A stretch of 64,000 nucleotides of DNA from Camelus ferus (taxonomy: Eukaryota). The notes beneath the pieces were generated by a model. It was not told the origin of the DNA, searched no databases, and saw only the letters and a program-made list of their open reading frames with translations. Made by a program: the position numbers and the translations under genes. This document shows, piece after piece, positions 39,301 through 51,214 of the stretch (its first letter is position 1; each line of letters starts with the position of its first letter). The stretch is taken from contig NC_045696.1 of the NCBI RefSeq assembly GCF_009834535.1, positions 93,746,001-93,810,000 on the forward strand, written 5' to 3'.

Positions 39301-40039
39301 AATACCTGGATAAAAATATATTAGCCATGAAATATAAAATGTGTGTCTGAGATTCTTCAGGCAGAGGGGGTGAGGTAGAGTGAAGGACAGTGGAGCTGGA
39401 GGAACGTTAGGAGAGAGGCAGCCTGCAAAGAAAGGCCAGATCCAGATTTGGAACTTAAGCATTCCCACATTAACTGCCCACAGCCTGTGGACCTCATTGT
39501 GCAGAGAACCTCATTCAAAATAATTTATTTTTAAAAATGTAAACTGTGTTTTAATTTAAAAGTATAAATTTTTCAGGAGCTGTTTCATTTTTCAGTCATC
39601 CTGCCTTTTTGTGGATATCTAAAATTCATAGAATAAGATGCTAGTAGAGGTAGAAGTTTCAAAATGTAAATTCCTGTTTGATTGAAGAAATGCTTTAGTG
39701 TGAATGAGCTTCAGTGGAAAAGAAATCACTCTTAAAATTACCTAATCTTATCTTTGCCTTTTTGAAAGTGAATGAAAGAAACTATGGCTTTGAGCCCTTG
39801 AGGTGTTCGGAAAGGGCGTGAAAATTAAGGAAGCTGTGCTTGAGAATGACTGTCCTGGGGCTTCCCTCTCAGGAGGCTTTAATCAAAGTATTGCTGAGGA
39901 TTCTTAAATTTCTAAGGCCAAGAAAGAATGTAGTAATCCATCACTATCTTTTGTAGGTACACAGAGCAGCAAGTATTAATATGTGCTGAAGACATTAGAG
40001 AATTTAAAGCATAGGGCAAAAATGTTCTAGTAATGAACC

Positions 40040-40225
40040 TTTGTGGTGGTTCCCAATACTGTCCTCAGGTTCCATGATTCACTAGAAGGGGTCACAAATC
40101 TCTGAAAAGCTGGTGTACTCACAGTGACTGTTATTAACAGCAAATTATTACAGATTAAAATTGGCAAAAGCAAACGGTGCAGAGGGTAGAGTCCAGGAGA
40201 AACCAGGTGCAAGGTTCCAGTCCTA
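40040..40225. mobile_element. MER21/MER77-like LTR fragment
   Basis: gattcactagaaggggtcacaaatctctgaaaagctggtgtactcacag, homologous to 30540-30700. Confidence 0.65.
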
Positions 40226-41558
40226 GTGGAGAGGGCATAGCCTGTACTACAGAGAAAAGATACATTAGTCTAATATATTAACCATTTTAAAAAGATTTCT
40301 ATGCAGTACAGTTAATAAAAAAAGAAAAATTTGGACTTTAGTGTCTTGTCACTAAATAGATTTTGCTGCAGTTTGTAATTTCCTACTGCTTTCTTATCAG
40401 CTAGCATTTTGCTCTATTGGACGTTTCAATTGTATGAGCCTAATGATGTCTTTAGAAAATCCTTTAATAATTGTCAGCAGAAGTCTTCTGGAATTCCCCA
40501 AAGATCTCATTGCATTCTTTTTGTGTGTGTTTTATTTCTTGAAAGACAAAAATGGTTTAACACAAGGTTATACATGCTCATTGTAAAAGACAGACTCATG
40601 CATCCATTTGATAGACTTCTCTGGAGGATCTGCCATGCACCAGAATTATATCTGGGAGAAATTTTGCAAAAAGTATACAATTTGAAAAGTGAATAACCTT
40701 TTAAAAAATTAATAGTAATGAAAACAAGATCCTATTGCACATACTGTCTGCAGCTGCTGTTTTCATTCAGTACCTTGGCCATCTTTCCTGTCTGTACTCT
40801 TGAAGAAAAAAAATCTTTCAACTACTGGGTTTACTTATAGTTCAGCTAATTATAATTTGTGATTGTAAAAGAACAGTCTTTGAAAGTTCTTGTTGTGTAT
40901 AGTGTAACTCATATTTTCTCTTCCATGTATTCAATACCTAGAGAACAATGTAATTCATATTTTTCTCTCTCTTTTTAATTTAATCTCATTCTCTGAGGCA
41001 GCTGCATCATTTGGATTATCATTTTCATGAGCACTGATCATTTTATTTATTCATTCTGAGATCAGCCTTCTTACTCTCCAGTTTATTCCTCCTTACGCTA
41101 TAAGACATTTAAATGTTCTTAAAATGCTCATTGCACCCAAGATAGTATTTCCAGTTTTTATCTTTTGTTTTTACCAGAACATTTGGGTTTTAATACATTT
41201 AATTGTAGGTATCTTTTAAAATTTAAGATAGGGAAAGATCATGACAATTAGTATTATATGAGGGTGGGAAGTAAGAGAACCAAAGTTTTATTAAGGGACA
41301 CAAATATAATTTCTTTGGCAGTAAGATTAGTGCTAATTTTACAGACATACAGTAGAAAATGGTCCAGAAGGATAAAAATGTTAACATTAATTAGATCTAG
41401 GAGATGGAATTGGTTCAAGAGGGCAAGTTTGGGGTGCTTAACTTTTATATATGTTTGTTGAACATATATTACTTTGCCTTTAATTGTTTTAGTTGTCAAA
41501 TACTTTTGCACATGCTTTCTCATGTCAATAAGGATGCTTTTTCCTTTGCACGAAATAG

Positions 41559-41683
41559 AGAGCTGTAGTACATATGGATGAACGTCGAGAAGAGCAGATC
41601 GTGCAGCTGCTACATTCTGTGCAAGCTAAGAGTGATAAAGATTCGGAAGCACAAATATCCTGGTTTGCTCCTGAAGATCACGG
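41559..41683 (+). CDS. DHX36: DHX36 exon 2
   Basis: aatag|AGA; RAVVHMDERREEQIVQLLHSVQAKSDKDSEAQISWFAPEDHG; GG|gtaaaa. 125 nt, phase 0->2. Confidence 0.95.
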
Positions 41684-42462
41684 GTAAAACAAAAAGTATT
41701 CTTTTAAAAAAATGAGCAAAGACTGATACTTCTTTTATATCATTGGCTAGAAAAAAGATAATAAAAATAACATCCCTAGACTTTTCTATAAGTGAAATTT
41801 CGCCTCAGAGTAATCTTTTTTCTCATGTAGATTAAGAAGATTTGATGAAAAATTTAAAAATTTGGTGACTTATTCCCACAGGAGAGCTAAATCTCTATCT
41901 AGATATGAGATTTATTGCATTATTATTTTTTGTTCTTCGTATCCATCATCTTTGTATTTCTGAAATTCTCTTGTGGGGGGTGTCTGCAGGAAGTTAAATT
42001 GCTGCTGTTTTAGGAAAATCATGGGAACTGTATCATTGGGGGAAAATTAGAAGTAGTTTTTCTGGGACTGTGTAATGTAACATACCATTTATAGCTCAGA
42101 AACGGTGAAGAAACTGAAGTTGTGAAATGAAACAAGGCTTAGAAAATTAGATAAAGAAAAACACTAAATCATTGCAGTGGAGGAATGACTAATTGTGTGG
42201 ATTTTTATTTTTTTAACTACCTCAAGGACTAACTTATATGGCAACATATCTGGTCTCTTTGTATAGTGGAAAAATTTGAATTCATTATAAGAATTTAAGT
42301 ATTTTCAAATTGCTCTACTAAGAAAAAAATAAAGGCTTTTGATTTTGGTGATTTTGAAATTATTAAACAACATATTGTTTTGCTTTGTTTCAGGGCTTGA
42401 GTGTCTCTTCATTTAATCTTTTATCTTTTTCTTCCTTTTGTTTTGTGTGTGTGTCAAAATAG

Positions 42463-42694
42463 ATATGGTACTGAAGCTCCTGCTGAGAATAAACCAAACT
42501 CAGTAAAGAAAATTGAGGATCAGGAAAAAAAATTAATAAATCAAGAAAAAAGGCCATTTAGAATCAGGGACAAATATATTGACCGTGATTCTGAATATCT
42601 TTTGCAAGAAAATGAACCAGATGTAACTTTGGACCAACAGTTATTGGAAGATTTACAAAAGAAAAAAACTGACCTTCGGTATATTGAAATGCAG
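42463..42694 (+). CDS. DHX36: DHX36 exon 3
   Basis: aatag|A; YGTEAPAENKPNS...DLQKKKTDLRYIEMQ; CAG|gtaatg. 232 nt, phase 2->0. Confidence 0.95.
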
Positions 42695-44221
42695 GTAATG
42701 GAAAGCAAGATGGGAAAAAAATTTACTTACCTCTCTGGCAGTTGATAAAAATGTATTTATGTTTAGAGTTACCTGCATGGTATGTAGATCAGTGAGATTA
42801 CTCAATAAGCCAATCTCTGGGAATTTTTTCCCCCTACAGTGCAGAAAAGTTGTAGGAATGGAATTACACCTAAGTAGCCTGTCTCATCTACAACAGTTTA
42901 TATAGTGAGAAGAAATATTTGAGAAATGGTAGTACAGATGGAAAAAAAAAAATCACTCTTTTAAGTTTAACTTCTTTAGGCCATTTTAATGAGATATCAT
43001 GAGACAAGGTGGTTAGTATTGTAAAGTTTCTTCTTTTAGAACATCCAGTCCAAGTTTTTCCTTTTACAGGTGTTAGAATTAAATCCCTCAAAAGTTATAT
43101 GATGCTTGTGTTCAACATCTTAAAGACACAACTGTGACAGCTGAAATTCTCCTGAGTTTTTCCAGTATTTTCTTTCCCTGCTAGGCAAGATTATTTTGAG
43201 GTCCTTTCCTGTTAAAACATAAAATTGAATACTTTGTGGATGTTCTAGAGATAGATATAATAAAACGTTCTCTTTCTTAAAAGAGGGAATTCAGACTACT
43301 GTGTCTTTAGTATGCAAATATGTACTGCCATTTTTGAGAAAGGCAGGGGATCACATCTTCTGTGGGAAAGAAAGGCTCTGTTGACTGTCACAGAAGGTTG
43401 GATATCCTCCTTAGAACAGATCAGCTGAGGTTGTCTAGGGACCAAATTGTGTAGCTCTTTGATGCCTTTTGATTGAAAATACGATTTAAGGACAGAGGAG
43501 ATTTCAAGATGAATTAATTCAGAATGTTTTAGTGGAGAGCAGAGCTTGTTTTATAGCCTTAGGAACAAGAAGAGTTAGCTTCTGTCTCTGCTTTGTATGG
43601 AGGACAGAACTTAAATATTATTGAAGATGAGCGACTGATCTAGTTCAGAGAAAGGAGAAGAAATGTGCAAAACATAAAACAGTTGATGGTCTTCCTGTTG
43701 GTCAGACACTTATAAATGCTTCACATGTACTATATCATTTGAACCTCTCAGCAACCCCCTGTACAAGAGATTATGCATGTCTGTTGCAAAGGAGGGAAAA
43801 GAATCTTAGGTTAAATGTCATATCTATGATTGCACAGCTAGTAATGGAATCAAGTCTAAAATCCAGGTGTGTTTAAGAGCTCAGCTTTTTAATCCTGCTT
43901 GGTAATATGCCATATTTTTTCTTTATGTTATAATTTATTTGATAAACATTGTTTTTCCACATACTAGATGCCTGTCATTATGCTATTTTCCAAAGACTAA
44001 TAAGACATTCCCTGTCCTCAGTTTATGATCCCATTGCTAAGTTCATTAGTTCTTCTTTTTTTTTTTTTTAGTCTTTTTTTTTAGGTCTTGACATTTATAA
44101 GCTGTGAGGTATAAAAATACTTTTGGACTTCAACATGTTTGTTTATGATATATTCTATTTACCAGGATTGTAATTTAATTGCATTTCTTCTGTGAAGATT
44201 AAACTTTTTTTTTAATTTCAG

Positions 44222-44260
44222 CATTTCAGGGAAAAGCTGCCTTCATATGGAATGCAAAAG
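44222..44260 (+). CDS. DHX36: DHX36 exon 4
   Basis: tttcag|CAT; HFREKLPSYGMQK; AAG|gtaaaa. 39 nt, phase 0->0. Confidence 0.93.
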
Positions 44261-44568
44261 GTAAAATGAATATATACTATTTAATTTGATTTGCAAAATA
44301 CTTAAATACATTTTTTTAGCTCTATATCAAGAGGAAATACAAATTAATGAACATTTCCCTAAAGGGTATTCTTTGAAGTTCATTTTATTCTTTTGAATTG
44401 TTGAAGGTTTAAAAAAAAAAAAAAACCAGTTGTGAAACAGTTTTCCTGAAATTTTCTTATATTTATGTCCATGATTAAACTCTTTAGAGTTTAAAAAATA
44501 GAATTTTCACATGTAAGTTGCTTTGGGTAAATATCCTTGCAGTTAATTAATTCAAGACCAAATATCTT

Positions 44569-44774
44569 TATATATATATAAACATATATATATATTTGTA
44601 TGTATTTTTATTAAAGTATAGGCAGTTTACAATGTGTCAGTTTCTGGTGTACAGCATAATGCTTCAGTCATACATGAACATACATATATTTGTTTTCATA
44701 TTCTTTTTCACCGAAAGTTACTATAAGATATTGAATATAGTTCCCTGCGCTGTACAGTAGGAACCTGTTGTTAC
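44569..44774 (-). mobile_element. Short L1 3' end with (TA)n-type tail and TSD
   Basis: L1 3' UTR on the minus strand. TSD agaccaaatatctt (44555-44568) / agatcaaatatctt (44775-44788). Confidence 0.85.
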
Positions 44775-45862
44775 AGATCAAATATCTTAATTAAAATTGG
44801 GGCACTACTGAAAATAAGTGCTTTAATTAACTTATGATACTGCCTCATACAGTCACCCTGTATAGAATAATGTAATAATATAATCTCCCATCTTCCTCTG
44901 ACCTTGCAGCCTTCCTTTATTTTGAGTTTTCTTTGCTCTACGTAGCACTGATTGCCACCTGACATCTAGGTGTCGTCCCCTCCTAGCAAGTTCTTGAGGA
45001 CAGTCTGTTGTTCACTCTGTGCCGCTCGACTGGGAACAGTGCCTGACGTTCTGTAGACCCCCAGTAAATATTTGTTGAATGAACGAATCACATTCTACTC
45101 AGTACCTGTCAGCTATAATTTCAGTGTTCAAACTTGGAACTTGTTCAGATATATGTGGTGTGTTAGTATAGATAAGAAATTTTTAAATGGTGGATTTTCA
45201 ACTTAAATTGTTTTGAAGATAAAAATAACCCATAACACCCCTTTGAAGTAATGGGGTGGTTTTGTTAATAAAGTGAATATTAATTTAAAAATATTAGTGT
45301 CAGGCTAAAATTTTTAAGATCTTTCCCAAATAGATGGTTTTCCAGTTGTCTGAATTTTAGCCATTTGATTTAGGTATTTAAAACTTGCCTTTAATTATTT
45401 AAAAGGAAATAAATTATATACTTCCTTCTTCTCAAAAACAATATACAAAACTTGTCCTGCAGACAAAGCCATATTTATCAATTATATAACCCCCCTAATG
45501 TTTTCAGTAGTTACTTAGGTATCTGAGGATTAGCCTGGTATGCAATAGCCCCATATGTCAACATTCTTTTTAATTAATGTTAATTCTTATGCATGGACTT
45601 AAAAGTGGTCTCTTCTTGTTCTTGTCAGTGTGGTTTTCTTTAACATGCCTTGTCTCTGTTCTTTTTATAATTTGGTGCTGCTTACCTCTTGAAAACTGGT
45701 TGATCCAGATATCCAAACTGCCAGCATTGCATGTAACAGAATTTTAAAAGTATTAACATGCTTGTTAAAAACAATTACCTTGAATTTGGTAGATTTTGAT
45801 AACTGTCTTTTCAGACTGTGTCAACATGTGACGTCCCTTACTTATTTTCCCTTTTGAAACAG

Positions 45863-46033
45863 GAATTAGTAAATATGATCAACAACCATCAGGTAACAGT
45901 AATAAGTGGTGAAACCGGTTGTGGAAAAACCACTCAAGTTACTCAGTTCATTTTGGATAACTACATTGAAAGAGGAAAAGGATCTGCATGCAGGATAGTT
46001 TGTACTCAGCCGAGAAGAATTAGTGCCATTTCA
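45863..46033 (+). CDS. DHX36: DHX36 exon 5 (Walker A/motif I, motif Ia)
   Basis: aaacag|GAA; ELVNMINNHQVTVISGETGCGKTTQVTQFILD...CTQPRRISAIS; TCA|gtacgt. 171 nt. Confidence 0.97.
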
Positions 46034-47752
46034 GTACGTAATCTCTCACTTTTTAAAATTCCCCACTTGGTTTTTTATTTTCCTTGTGTAGTCTTGCTGG
46101 AACTTACTGATTTTGAAGGTTGGGGTGATTCTTAGGTTTAGGATATGTTGCTGGGAAAGCAAAATTTGGTTAACAGATACTTGGTAGTAAAAACCAAAAT
46201 ATTGAATGACCTCTATCTTACTGATGTTAGATATTTAGGAGTTCAAGATAAATGATAAATCCAGACAATTTTTAGTATAACACTAAAAGAATGAAAAACT
46301 GCTAAGTGTTTATAGAATTGATTACACGCTTCAAATGATCTCCATTATTAGATGCTTTACATTTTACTTGATTCATTCAGTACTCTTTCAACTCTCTGGC
46401 TGGGGTTTTTTTATTTGTTTTTTTCAGTATATATAAATATACTAACTAGTAGTAACTGTATATCTGATTTTTTAATGCAGTTCAATAAGAGGGAATTTAT
46501 CATTAAAAAAAAGGCATTGTTTCAGGTTTGTCATGTAAAAGGTGTAAGTACATGTTTATTACAAATCACATTCTTTGGATTGTGTTTAGTTAGATGACCT
46601 AGCTAAATATGAGTTATATATTCTTTAAAGATGTTTGGGGTTTCTTATAACATTCACTGTATATAGTGCATTTATTTCAGTGTTACATAATTCTGTGTGT
46701 AAATTTAAATTATGAAGATTTCTGATTGTATTTGGTTTTATGATTGTGCTATTTATTACACCTCTAAGTGATTTAATTCAGAATCTGTGGTCAGGAACTG
46801 CATTACCAATTATGGCAGTATTTTGGAAGAACTACAGTATAAATTTAATTTAAGAGATACTATTAAAAATAAAGCAGTAATCTTTGTGGGAGGATCATAT
46901 TCCTGGAAAAGGTGTAAGTTCACAAAACGGTGAAAAATAAGGCATTTTTGTCATAACACTATTATATAGCTAGACTTAAGCTAAAAATCAGATCTTACCA
47001 TTTTCACTAGTATATGCATATATATATAGATGTTAAAGAGAAATGCTAATTAGGTTTATTTTTTTTGCTTGTTTTCCAAAGATTTGTTGATATTTGAATG
47101 GGCAGTTTAATAAGTAGTAAGAAGTGAAGTGATGATCTGTCAGAGTATACAGGATATAATGATTGGTAAATTTTACTTCTGAAATACTATTTTTTAAAAA
47201 TAATGTCATTTTTCTGTTTCTAATGTTATAAATCACTGTTCTATCACACGGTAACAGCTGCTTACTTTTAGTTACACAGATCTGTATTGGATTATAAGAT
47301 TTCATCTATCCAGAGCTTATCTTTGGCTGCCATAACTTTAAGAGTATAACCAAGCACTAGGAATTAAGCATATCAATCGCTATTAAAGAAACATGAAAAA
47401 AAGTATCAGCATGTATTTACTCTCAAATTATACACAAGTGTTAGAAGTTTAGATTATGATTTCCCAGTTTCTTTAAAAAAGCAGAAAGGTAGAGAGGATC
47501 CTATAGAAAGTAACTTTGAAAGTAATTACGAGAGAGAATTTCAGAGGAAATGAAAATTAAACATAAGCAGCGGGTAGTCTTCAGTTCTTAAGGGACACAG
47601 TTTTAGATACTTCAGATTTTAATATGTTTGTATTTTATTTAACTCACATGAAAATCTAATAAATTGTATTTCAGCAGTTCCAGATTTTCACAGATGTTCA
47701 GGATATTTGTTCTAAAAGAAATGATTTCTTTGTGACTGCATTTTAATTACAG

Positions 47753-47832
47753 GTTGCAGAACGAGTGGCTGCAGAAAGGGCAGAATCTTGTGGCAATGGT
47801 AATAGTACGGGATACCAGATTCGTCTACAGAG
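47753..47832 (+). CDS. DHX36: DHX36 exon 6
   Basis: ttacag|GTT; VAERVAAERAESCGNGNSTGYQIRLQS; AG|gtaaag. 80 nt, phase 0->2. Confidence 0.96.
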
Positions 47833-48104
47833 GTAAAGTATGTTCACTTCTGTTTACAGGTAGATTTTAGTGAAACTTCGAAGTTTCAAAGAAAGATTCA
47901 AAAGGAAGATTTTTCCCCCATTTTTGTGATATTACTGTTACAATAAGCATTTTAAGTAACTGCAGCATAGGAGGCTTGCAACCCACAGAATCATTTTTTT
48001 AACCCAAACTCAACTGACTTCCCAGTCACTAAACGGAAGTTTAATCCCCTAAGTCTTTTGGTCTTTTTTGGAATGTTAATGGTTATGCCTTTAAGAAGAA
48101 ATCA

Positions 48105-48340
48105 CCCAGGGGGGTGGAGGGTGGGAAGGGATAGACTGGGATTTCAAAATTGTAGAATAGATAAACAAGATTACACTGTATAGCACAGGGAAATATACAC
48201 AAAATGTTATGATAACTCAGAGAGAAAAAAATGTGACAATGTGTGTATATGTCCATGAATGACTGAAAAATTGTGCTGAACACTGGAATTTGACACAACA
48301 TTGTAAAATGATTATAAATCAATAAAAAATGTTAAAATAA
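48105..48340 (+). mobile_element. Young L1 3' UTR fragment, sense to DHX36 (intron 6)
   Basis: Nearly identical to 63844-64000. AATAAA at 48321-48326. Confidence 0.88.
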
Positions 48341-49030
48341 GTCATCAAAAAAAACCCCAATTTATTCATGAACTTAATCGATTTGTCAGTATATCTTTCT
48401 TTAATAGCATATAACTGATACTTTCTGAAATGTGTGTATATGCTTTTTCAATAGGGACTTAACATCAAAATATTCCATAACGTTTCTACATTCATTTCCA
48501 AAGTTATATATTTTGTTCAGTAAAATAGAAATTTTACCTCTTTATGAGACTCTTCTCAATGGGACATAATACTTCTTTAATTGAGAAAATATTTTTGTAC
48601 AGTTGCTGCTTGGTGAGCCCAGAAAAAGATCTTCCAAGTAGAAGATATCCCTAAAGCCTATGTTTTGTTTGAATTTTAAAATATTTTAACCCAACTAATT
48701 ATAAAATACTCTTTTAAATTGCATTTAGAATACTTTTGCTCTGATAAATAATTTGCAAAATAAAACCATCAAGCAAGTTGAAAAAAAAAAAAGAAGAAAT
48801 CACTAACATTGTATCATAACAACAAAAATAATGTATAATGAACTTGAATGCGGTATTTCTCATTACTCTTATCATAGTAGGCATTCCTGTAAGTAAAAAG
48901 TTAAGTATGAAGGTTTTCATTAAAACGGGAAGCATTTTTTAAATTGAAGATTTTCTTTTAAACTTCTGTGGTACTTAGTAATTTACTAGTAAAGAAAACC
49001 AAGAATTAACTCGTATCTTTTCATTTATAG

Positions 49031-49105
49031 TCGGTTGCCAAGGAAACAAGGTTCTATCTTATATTGTACGACAGGAATCATCCTTCAGTGGCTTCAGTCA
49101 GACCC
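49031..49105 (+). CDS. DHX36: DHX36 exon 7
   Basis: ttatag|T; RLPRKQGSILYCTTGIILQWLQSDP; CC|gtgagt. 75 nt, phase 2->2. Confidence 0.96.
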
Positions 49106-49170
49106 GTGAGTATGTTTCATCCTAGGATATTTAGTTAAATAATTAAATTGGGTTTTATTAATTTATGTAA

Positions 49171-49404
<234 letters not shown>

Positions 49405-49799
49405 TAAAATTTTTGATTGTTACTTTTGGAAGTTATCATAAAGCCACTGAATTTAGAGTTAATTAAAAAAAAACTAATACAGTGCTAGGTGCAGTGTAGT
49501 CAAAATGAATGTTTAGCCGTTCATTTCATTTAAATAGTCGCTTACCCTCTAGTCTCACGAATTGGAGAACTGGACTTGCTTTTTGTTTGTTTTGGTTTGT
49601 TTTTGAGGGGGATCTGTTTAAAGAATGGTGGCATTGTCTCTGGCCTCATGGTGAAGACATGTAGCCTTTTGGTGCTACCACCAGATAATTAAGGTGATAT
49701 TAATGAAGTCAAAAAATAGATTTGAATAATTTTATAAACTTTTTTTGTTATTCTTCTGTGACTTATGTCATATCACAAGCTAAGATGGCAGTTTGCTAA

Positions 49800-50050
49800 T
49801 AACAGTAATAACTAGCTACCATACTGGAACACCTTCATTGTGCCAGGTAGTATATTTGGCATGTCTTCATTAATCCTCATAATAACCTTGTGAGGTAGGA
49901 GCTATTATTCTCATTCTTACAGATGAGAAAGGAGCCTCAGAGCAGTTAAATGTGACTTACCCAGGGTTACATACATAACACAGGATCAAGAGGATTTGAA
50001 ACTAGTTTTGATTAGCTTCATAGTACATTCTTTTAAAATTATGCCTCACT
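49800..50050. mobile_element. MIR SINE
   Basis: taatcctcataataaccttgtgaggtagg..ttacagatgagaaaggagcctcagagcagttaaatgtgacttacccagggttaca. Confidence 0.8.
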
Positions 50051-50849
50051 GTCTCTCCTGCTAATAATTGTTGAGGAAACGTTGTGAAACGGGAGGGAGT
50101 TAAAATGGAACAGAACTTTGTTTAATGTGCTTATTGTATTCAGCCCAGTTGACCCTCAAAGGCTTATGAGATTAGTTGAGCGTATTATGTCTTGGCTTTG
50201 TCTTTGTCTCTGTCCTTTTTGATGAAATCCAGAGCTAACACTGAGTAAACTTAGGCAAGGCAGAGGCACAGTTGTGGTGCCACCTCCAAAGTAGGTGGTG
50301 CCATACTTTGATCTCTGCTGCGTTGTTGGCTATTGTTTACAGTGTGTACAGTTTATTTGTTACAAAACACATAGCATTTAAATAATAGTACTAAGAGACT
50401 TTTTTTTTTTTTTTACTATGATTACTAGCGATTCTAAAATAGTAAGCAACAATTTAATATTTGGTTAGGTCTCTAATTCTTTTCTTTCCTTAACTCTGGG
50501 TACCACGGGGTAGATTTCACTAAAACTTAGATTCTGATGGCACCATCTTGGCCAACTTAAAATGTTCTATTCTTTGGTATCCTGGGTTACTTTGTAGAAC
50601 TGTGAGATGCGCATACAAGTTCGGTAGCAGTAAACTGATACTGAGTAAAGGTTAGACTGCTGCTTTTTATTCAGCTAGATAGTGGAAATACAAAGTAGAG
50701 CTATAAAAGTTTTAGTGCCATTTTCTGAAGTTAAGAAAAGTAATGGAGTCATTGTGTTATTTAAAGTCTTGGGTTTTTTGTTTCTGGGTGGGTTTTTTTT
50801 TTTTTTTTGAATATTTGAGTCTAGATTTATGTTTTATCTACCATAATAG

Positions 50850-50931
50850 GAAACTGTCCAATGATACACATACCTGGTTTTACCTTTCCGGTTGTGGAGT
50901 ATCTTTTGGAAGATATAATTGAGAAAATAAG
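50850..50931 (+). CDS. DHX36: DHX36 exon 9
   Basis: taatag|GA; NCPMIHIPGFTFPVVEYLLEDIIEKIR; AG|gtaagt. 82 nt, phase 1->2. Confidence 0.96.
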
Positions 50932-51044
50932 GTAAGTAAATATTACGAACTAAAAAAGGTTAAAATGTACTAATATGTCACCATTCCTCTGTCAAACTTT
51001 AGTCTCAGAAACCACTTCTTCTAAAACATTGTTTTTCTTTAAAT

Positions 51045-51210
51045 CAGGGATTCCCAAACTTGGTTGCGCATTAAAATCACCTGGAGTCTTTTAAGATCCA
51101 GATGCCACATTCAGACTTCATACCTTAATTACCTTACAAAGTCTAGGCTGGTGGCCAGGCATCAGTGTTGTTAACAGATCCCTGGGCAGGAAAGTTTGGG
51201 GACCTCTGTC
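51045..51210. mobile_element. MER5A1-like MITE
   Basis: cagggattcccaaacttggttgcgcattaaaatcacctggag..aaagtttggggacctctg. Confidence 0.65.
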
Positions 51211-51214
51211 TTCA

